Shown here one piece after another: positions 58,549 to 64,000 of a DNA stretch of 64,000 nucleotides; within the stretch, counting starts at the first letter, position 1, and the number at the start of each line of letters is the position of its first letter. The stretch covers positions 216 to 64,215 of the forward strand of contig CANFOX010000001.1 in assembly GCA_947448845.1 (NCBI GenBank), read 5' to 3'. The translations under genes and the position numbers were made by a program. Below the pieces are notes generated by a model. That model saw nothing but the letters and a program-made list of their open reading frames with translations, had not been told where the DNA came from and did no database searches. The stretch is from Microbacteriaceae bacterium. Lineage in GTDB: Bacteria > Actinomycetota > Actinomycetes > Actinomycetales > Microbacteriaceae.

Positions 58549-61368
58549 ATGACTAACACGACCCAGCACCACTCAGCCGGCGGTTCAGGAGACCAGGCTT
58601 CAAAGGGCCTAACCATCAATCGCATCTACACCACCGAAGGTGTTCATCCATTCGACCAGGTCAACTGGGAATACCGCGATGTCGTGCAGACCAATTGGAA
58701 AAACGGCGAGGTAATTTTCGAGCAGCGCGGGGTAGAGTTTCCTGAGTTTTGGAGCATCAACGCGAGCACCATCGTCACCACCAAGTACTTTCGTGGCGCA
58801 CTTGGCACCGACGAGCGTGAATACAGCCTGCGCCAGCTGATCAACCGCGTGGTTAGCACTTACACCGAAGCCGGCCGTCAGAACGACTATTTTGCCAGTG
58901 AGCAAGATGCCGAGATTTTCGATCACGAGCTCACCTACATGCTCTTGAACCAGGTGTTTAGCTTCAACTCTCCAGTTTGGTTCAACGTTGGCACCAAGAG
59001 CCCGCAGCAGGTTTCTGCCTGCTTCATTTTGTCGGTTGACGACTCAATGGATTCAATTCTCAATTGGTATCGCGAAGAGGGAATGATCTTCAAGGGCGGC
59101 TCTGGTGCCGGTTTGAACCTTTCTCGCATTCGCTCGTCAAAAGAGCTTCTAAAGTCTTCAGGTGGCTCGGCTTCAGGCCCAGTTTCGTTCATGCGTGGTG
59201 CCGATGCATCAGCGGGAACCATTAAATCTGGTGGCGCAACTCGCCGCGCAGCCAAGATGGTTGTGCTTGATGTTGACCACCCAGACATCGAAGAGTTCAT
59301 TGAAACCAAGGCAAGTGAAGAAGACAAGATTCGCGTTTTGCGCGATGCCGGTTACGACATGGAACTTGGCGGAAAAGACATCAACTCGGTTCAGTACCAG
59401 AACGCAAACAACTCGGTTCGCGTAAACGCTGAGTTCATGACCGCGGTAGAAAACGGCACCAACTTTGGGCTGCGCGCCCGCACTACCGGTGAGGTTATCG
59501 AAGAGGTAGACGCTCGCGAGCTTTGGAACAAGATTGCGGTTGCAGCTTGGAAGTGTGCAGACCCCGGCATTCAGTATGACGACATCATCAATGACTGGCA
59601 CACCACCCCAGAAACCGGCCGAATCACTGGTTCGAACCCATGTTCTGAATACATGCACCTCGATAACTCGAGCTGTAACCTTGCCAGCCTGAACCTTCTG
59701 AAGTTCTTGCAGCCAGACGGTTCATTCGATGTTGAAAAGTTCACCAAGGCAAGCGAACTCATCATCACTGCAATGGACATCTCGATCTGTTTCGCTGACT
59801 TCCCAACCGAGGCCATCGGCGACACCACCAGGGCCTATCGTCAACTGGGTATTGGTTACGCAAACCTTGGCGCATTGCTCATGGCAATCGGTGTTCCTTA
59901 CGACAGCAAAGAGGGCTTTGCTCTAGCAGCTGCAATCACCTCGCTTATGACAGCAGCGGCTTACCGTCGTTCGGCAGAACTTGCCGGAGTGGTTGGCGCT
60001 TACGATGGCTACGCCAAGAACAAGGCTGGTCACGACCGCATTATGCAGAAGCACCTCGACGCCAGCCTGTTGCTTACTTCGGGTTCTGAAATCGACCGCG
60101 ATGTAATCGAGGCGGCAAACCATGAGTGGGCCCTGAACCTAGAGATCGGTTCAAGCAACGGATGGCGCAACGCCCAGGCTTCGCTTCTGGCACCGACCGG
60201 CACCATCGGCTTCATGATGGACTGTGACACCACCGGTATCGAGCCTGACTTCTCGCTAGTGAAGTACAAGAAGCTCTCGACTGGTGGATCGATGCAGATC
60301 GTCAACCAGACCATCCCGTTTGCACTTCACCGTCTTGGTTACTCGCAAGAGACCATTGAGGCCATCGTTGACCACATCAGCCAGCAAGGTCACGTAGTTG
60401 ACGCACCTGGCCTGAAGACCGAGCACTACGCAATCTTCGACACCGCCGTAGGTATTCGCGCAATCGAACCAATGGGCCATGTTCGCATGATGGCTGCCGT
60501 TCAGCCATTCCTTTCGGGTGCAATCTCGAAGACTGTGAACATGCCAGAAACCGCTTCGGTTGATGAAATTGCAGATGTCTACTTTCAGGGCTGGAAGCTG
60601 GGTCTAAAGGCACTTGCCATTTACCGCGACAACTGCAAGGTGGGCCAGCCACTTTCAGACGCCAAGGCAAAAACCGAAACCAAGTCGGCTTCGGTTGGAA
60701 ATGCGCCACACCCAACTCGAAAGCGCCTTCCAAAGTCGCGACCTTCGACCACCACCTCATTCACAGTTGGTGGGGCAGAGGGTTACCTAACCGCCGGTTC
60801 TTACCCAGACGGTGGTTTGGCTGAGGTGTTCTTGAAGCTTGGCAAACAGGGCTCAACCCTTGCTGGCGTAATGGATGCATTCTCGATTGCAGTTTCAATT
60901 GGCCTTCAGTATGGTGTGCCGCTAGAAACTTTCGTTTCTAAGTTCACCAACGTAAGCTTCGAGCCTGCTGGAATGACCGACGATAAAGATGTGCGCATTG
61001 CCAAGTCACTAATGGACTATATCTTCCGTCGCCTAGCGCTCGATTACCTGCCAACCGAAACCCGCACCGCGATGGGAATTCAAACCACCGAAGAGCGTTC
61101 GGCAGCCCTAGACAACACCGGTTCTTACCCCGTGGTGGCTGCTCCGGTAGCAGTCGTCGAAGAAGTTACCGAGGTAACAGTTTCAGAGGCTAAGCCGACC
61201 ATCGAACTTGCTGAAAAGCGCGAAGTTCACTCATCGGCTGAGTTGTTCGAGTTGCTGCAGGGCAAGGAATCAGATGCCCCGCTGTGCTTCAACTGTGGAA
61301 TCAAGATGCGTCCGTCGGGTTCCTGCCACGTCTGTGAAGGCTGTGGCTCAACCAGCGGTTGCAGCTAA
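58549..61368 (+). CDS. nrdJ: Class II (adenosylcobalamin-dependent) ribonucleotide reductase
   Basis: FNSPVWFN, SACF, GGATRRAAKM, SNPCSE, CNLAS, APTGT, SGAISKT; C-terminal TSCPD-like domain and Cys tail CEGCGSTSGCS. Confidence 0.96.
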   Translation: MTNTTQHHSAGGSGDQASKGLTINRIYTTEGVHPFDQVNWEYRDVVQTNWKNGEVIFEQRGVEFPEFWSINASTIVTTKYFRGALGTDEREYSLRQLINRVVSTYTEAGRQNDYFASEQDAEIFDHELTYMLLNQVFSFNSPVWFNVGTKSPQQVSACFILSVDDSMDSILNWYREEGMIFKGGSGAGLNLSRIRSSKELLKSSGGSASGPVSFMRGADASAGTIKSGGATRRAAKMVVLDVDHPDIEEFIETKASEEDKIRVLRDAGYDMELGGKDINSVQYQNANNSVRVNAEFMTAVENGTNFGLRARTTGEVIEEVDARELWNKIAVAAWKCADPGIQYDDIINDWHTTPETGRITGSNPCSEYMHLDNSSCNLASLNLLKFLQPDGSFDVEKFTKASELIITAMDISICFADFPTEAIGDTTRAYRQLGIGYANLGALLMAIGVPYDSKEGFALAAAITSLMTAAAYRRSAELAGVVGAYDGYAKNKAGHDRIMQKHLDASLLLTSGSEIDRDVIEAANHEWALNLEIGSSNGWRNAQASLLAPTGTIGFMMDCDTTGIEPDFSLVKYKKLSTGGSMQIVNQTIPFALHRLGYSQETIEAIVDHISQQGHVVDAPGLKTEHYAIFDTAVGIRAIEPMGHVRMMAAVQPFLSGAISKTVNMPETASVDEIADVYFQGWKLGLKALAIYRDNCKVGQPLSDAKAKTETKSASVGNAPHPTRKRLPKSRPSTTTSFTVGGAEGYLTAGSYPDGGLAEVFLKLGKQGSTLAGVMDAFSIAVSIGLQYGVPLETFVSKFTNVSFEPAGMTDDKDVRIAKSLMDYIFRRLALDYLPTETRTAMGIQTTEERSAALDNTGSYPVVAAPVAVVEEVTEVTVSEAKPTIELAEKREVHSSAELFELLQGKESDAPLCFNCGIKMRPSGSCHVCEGCGSTSGCS

Positions 61369-61381
61369 AGATTAACTTGCG

Positions 61382-61411
61382 AAGGGGTCAGCCAGAAGGC
61401 TGGCCCCTTTT
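61382..61411 (+). terminator. Rho-independent terminator of nrdR-nrdJ
   Basis: AAGGGGTCAGCC-AGAA-GGCTGGCCCCTT followed by TT. Confidence 0.85.
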
Positions 61412-61426
61412 CAGTAAGGTAGAGCC

Positions 61427-62434
61427 GTGTTTTATAAGCTGATTTTCAAGGCAGTGTTTTCTAAGCTCGACCCAGAGCGCGCCCACCATTTGGTAGTTGC
61501 TGCGCTTCGATTGGGTTCGTTGCTAGGCGTTACCCGGTTGTTCAAGTCGCACTTTCGGCAGGTTGAGGCTTTCGGCCTTAACTTCAACGGCCCTTTTGGC
61601 ATAGCGGCAGGTTTCGACAAGAACGCCGTGCTTATTCGACCACTCGCAGACCTTGGTTTCTCGCACATTGAAATTGGCACGGTAACCGCATTAGCCCAAC
61701 CAGGCAACGAGAGGCCTCGCCTTTTTCGCTTGGTAAAAGATCGCGCCCTAATAAATCGAATGGGGTTCAACAATGATGGCGCCTATGCGGTAGCAGATCG
61801 ACTTGGTAGGTTGCGCGCCAAATACGGCGATAAGCTGCCAATTATTGGGGTCAACATCGGCAAATCGAAGGCAGTGGATGTTGCCAACGCCGTTGCCGAT
61901 TATGAAACCAGCGCCAAATTGTTGTCGCCATTTGCTGATTACCTGGCAGTGAATGTGTCATCTCCGAACACACCGGGGCTTCGTTCACTGCAAGAGGTTT
62001 CTGCACTTCGGCCTATTCTGATTGCGGTCAAAAATCAATCCCTTGGCCTTCCGGTGCTGGTTAAAATAGCGCCAGACCTGGCCAACGAAGACATTTTGGC
62101 AATAGCTGACCTAGCAGTTGAACTTGGCCTCGCCGGGGTTATCGCAACCAACACCACTATTTCGCGGGAAGGTTTGACTACAGACCAAGAAACCATTGCC
62201 GCCATGGGTTCCGGGGGGCTGTCAGGCGCTCCATTAGCCAACAAGAGCCTAGAAGTATTGAGGCTACTTTCTGGTCACCTGAAGGGGGAAATGGCTGTTA
62301 TTTCGGTTGGCGGTGTCGAAACGGCAGAAGACGTAGAACTGCGACTGCAAAACGGGGCTACCTTGGTTCAGGGTTATACCGGATTCATCTATCAGGGCCC
62401 ACTTTGGGCAAGAGAGCTGAACCGCACTAACTGA
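61427..62434 (+). CDS. pyrD: Quinone-dependent dihydroorotate dehydrogenase
   Basis: DPERAH, AAGFDKN, QPGNERPRLFRL, INRMGFNN, NVSSPNTPGLR, KIAPD, GGLSG; leaderless-type TAAGGT 6 nt before GTG. Confidence 0.96.
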   Translation: MFYKLIFKAVFSKLDPERAHHLVVAALRLGSLLGVTRLFKSHFRQVEAFGLNFNGPFGIAAGFDKNAVLIRPLADLGFSHIEIGTVTALAQPGNERPRLFRLVKDRALINRMGFNNDGAYAVADRLGRLRAKYGDKLPIIGVNIGKSKAVDVANAVADYETSAKLLSPFADYLAVNVSSPNTPGLRSLQEVSALRPILIAVKNQSLGLPVLVKIAPDLANEDILAIADLAVELGLAGVIATNTTISREGLTTDQETIAAMGSGGLSGAPLANKSLEVLRLLSGHLKGEMAVISVGGVETAEDVELRLQNGATLVQGYTGFIYQGPLWARELNRTN

Positions 62435-62963
62435 CTTTTGCGCCGCGCTTCACCTGAGGCTTTGGAATACGCATTGGGCGCATCTGCATAGATCTCATGG
62501 CTGCATACCAAGAAAGGCCACGTTCGAGTTTTGCGTCACCATAGCGAGCGCCAACAACGCGCTTGACCTTTCGAGCAATGAACCAAGCGTCGATTGCCAT
62601 CACCAAGAACAGGGTCCACATCAGGGCAAGGGTAATCAACTGAACCGTTTGGCTTGGAACCGATGAAACCAAAATCACCAAGAAAAGCGAAGGCATTACT
62701 AGTTCACCAACGGTAAATCGCGAGTCGACAAGATCGCGCGTCAGGCGCTTCTGCGGCCCCTTGTCTCGAATGTTCAGGTAACGTTCTTCGCCGGCCATCA
62801 TTCCCTCGCGGGCCTTTCGGCGCTCTTCAGCCAGTTTGCTGCGATCAACCTTTTTAGACTCTTTGCTTCGGTCTGAAACAATCGTTCTGGTGTGGGCCTT
62901 TTCGGCGACCTTGCGTTTTGGGGTTGGTTTGCCTTTTCCGGCTGGCGATTTCTGGTCGGTCAT
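62427..62963 (-). CDS. DUF3043-type membrane protein
   Basis: GKGKPTPKRK.A, GEERYL..RDKGPQ, RD.VDSR, two TM helices, RPMRIPKPQVKRG; start moved to ATG 62963. Confidence 0.88.
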   Translation of the reverse strand: MTDQKSPAGKGKPTPKRKVAEKAHTRTIVSDRSKESKKVDRSKLAEERRKAREGMMAGEERYLNIRDKGPQKRLTRDLVDSRFTVGELVMPSLFLVILVSSVPSQTVQLITLALMWTLFLVMAIDAWFIARKVKRVVGARYGDAKLERGLSWYAAMRSMQMRPMRIPKPQVKRGAKVS

Positions 62964-62999
62964 GTTCATCCTTGCGTTAGTCACCTTAAGATTACTCTC

Positions 63000-64000
63000 A
63001 TGGTTGAACTGCCCGAAATGAATACAACTCACATTGAATGCATCAAGAAGATTGTGGCGGCTTCTTTTGCTGATCAAACCGAAACTTTGAAGCAGCTGGT
63101 GCGCATACCGGGAATAGCTTGGGATGCCTTCGACGCCGCCGAGCTCGAACGTAGCGCAAACAAGGTCGCACAACTTTTTGAAGAGACCGGAATCTTTGAT
63201 TTCGTCGAAATTCGTCGATCGAGTGTGGAAGGCAAAGCCGGTGCGCCCGCGGTGGTTGCGAAACGGGCGGCTAGAAACAATAAACCGCAGGTTTTACTTT
63301 ATGCCCATCACGATGTTCAACCACCCGCCGATAGGGCGGCTTGGAACAGTGAACCGTTCGAACCAGTAGAACGTGACGGTCGCTTATTCGGCAGGGGGGC
63401 AGCCGATGACAAGGCGGGAATTGTGGCTCACTTTGGCTCGATCGGTGCACTCAAGGAGCTGTTAGGCAACGATTTCGACCTCGGAATCACCATGTTTATT
63501 GAGGGCGAAGAGGAAGCCGGTAGCCCCACATTTGCGAATTTCCTAAAGGAAAACGCCCACGACCTAGCCGCAGATCTAATAATCGTTGCCGATTCTGGTA
63601 ACTGGACAACCGAGATTCCGGCGCTCACTTCAAGTCTTCGCGGTTTGGTTTCTCAAGTTATTGAACTTAGAACTCTTGACCACGCCGTTCATAGCGGCAT
63701 GTTCGGGGGAGCGGTGCCAGATTCAATGACCGCCATGATTCGTTTGCTGGCTTCGCTCCACGATGAAAATGGAGATGTGGCTGTATCTGGCTTGGTAACT
63801 CAACCGGTTCAAGATCTGCCATATTCCGATCAGCAATTGCGCCAAGATTCCGGGTTACTCGAAGGAGTTCAAACCATGGGAACCGGCTCGATCCTGCAGC
63901 GAATTTGGGCAAAACCGGCCATAACGGTAATCGGTATTGATAACCCAAGCGTGGCACTTTCTTCAAATACGTTGCAGCCGAGCACAAGGGCCTGCATTTC
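63000..64000 (+). CDS. M20/M25/M40 family metallo-dipeptidase (truncated by window end); not in ORF track
   Basis: Open from ATG 63000: LLYAHHDVQP, GRLFGRGAADDKAG, IEGEEEAGS, HSGMFGG. Confidence 0.92.
   Translation, partial: MVELPEMNTTHIECIKKIVAASFADQTETLKQLVRIPGIAWDAFDAAELERSANKVAQLFEETGIFDFVEIRRSSVEGKAGAPAVVAKRAARNNKPQVLLYAHHDVQPPADRAAWNSEPFEPVERDGRLFGRGAADDKAGIVAHFGSIGALKELLGNDFDLGITMFIEGEEEAGSPTFANFLKENAHDLAADLIIVADSGNWTTEIPALTSSLRGLVSQVIELRTLDHAVHSGMFGGAVPDSMTAMIRLLASLHDENGDVAVSGLVTQPVQDLPYSDQQLRQDSGLLEGVQTMGTGSILQRIWAKPAITVIGIDNPSVALSSNTLQPSTRACI

Noticed and set aside
52465-61368. Inteins or introns in dnaE or nrdJ
   Set aside because: Lengths are ordinary and conserved motifs are contiguous; no splice-junction or homing-endonuclease signature seen.

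Overview
This is a 64-kb core-genome segment of a compact, moderate-GC actinobacterium. Gene order and protein sequences fit Microbacteriaceae, probably a streamlined freshwater Rhodoluna/Aquiluna-like lineage (taxonomy is inferred). It opens with the 3' end of an rRNA operon (23S tail, 5S, terminator), then the conserved TPR-HAD-tlyA-ppnK-recN-pyrG-NUDIX-xerD-parA-scpAB-rluB-aroH-tyrA-cmk-der block and tRNA-Pro(GGG). Next come the pgsA2-garA-ftsR-MerR cluster, pyc, def, an acyl-CoA ligase, glk, plsC, class II DAHP synthase, a PASTA kinase and the full dcw cluster (mraZ to divIVA). It ends with lspA, an RluA-family gene, dnaE, hisD, nrdR-nrdJ, pyrD and a truncated M20 peptidase. I see no mobile element, prophage, CRISPR array, defence island, intein or pseudogene, so there is no obvious new multi-gene system. 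The best signals are cis-regulatory or structural: (1) a pyrG promoter whose TCC-ATG geometry suggests CTP-sensing start-site switching onto a leaderless start codon; (2) a shared GCGACACGCC (WhiA-type GACAC) motif at ftsZ, nrdR-nrdJ and a MerR gene, with a variant at mraZ; (3) FtsR-like, MraZ, NrdR and DnaA boxes; (4) the mraW RNA hairpin; (5) a DnaE tail overprinted on an antisense gene that carries a clamp-binding-like motif; (6) a non-canonical MurE. Many starts were moved from the ORF track using Shine-Dalgarno (SD), -10 or stop/start-overlap evidence. Family assignments come from recognised motifs and synteny, not database searches.
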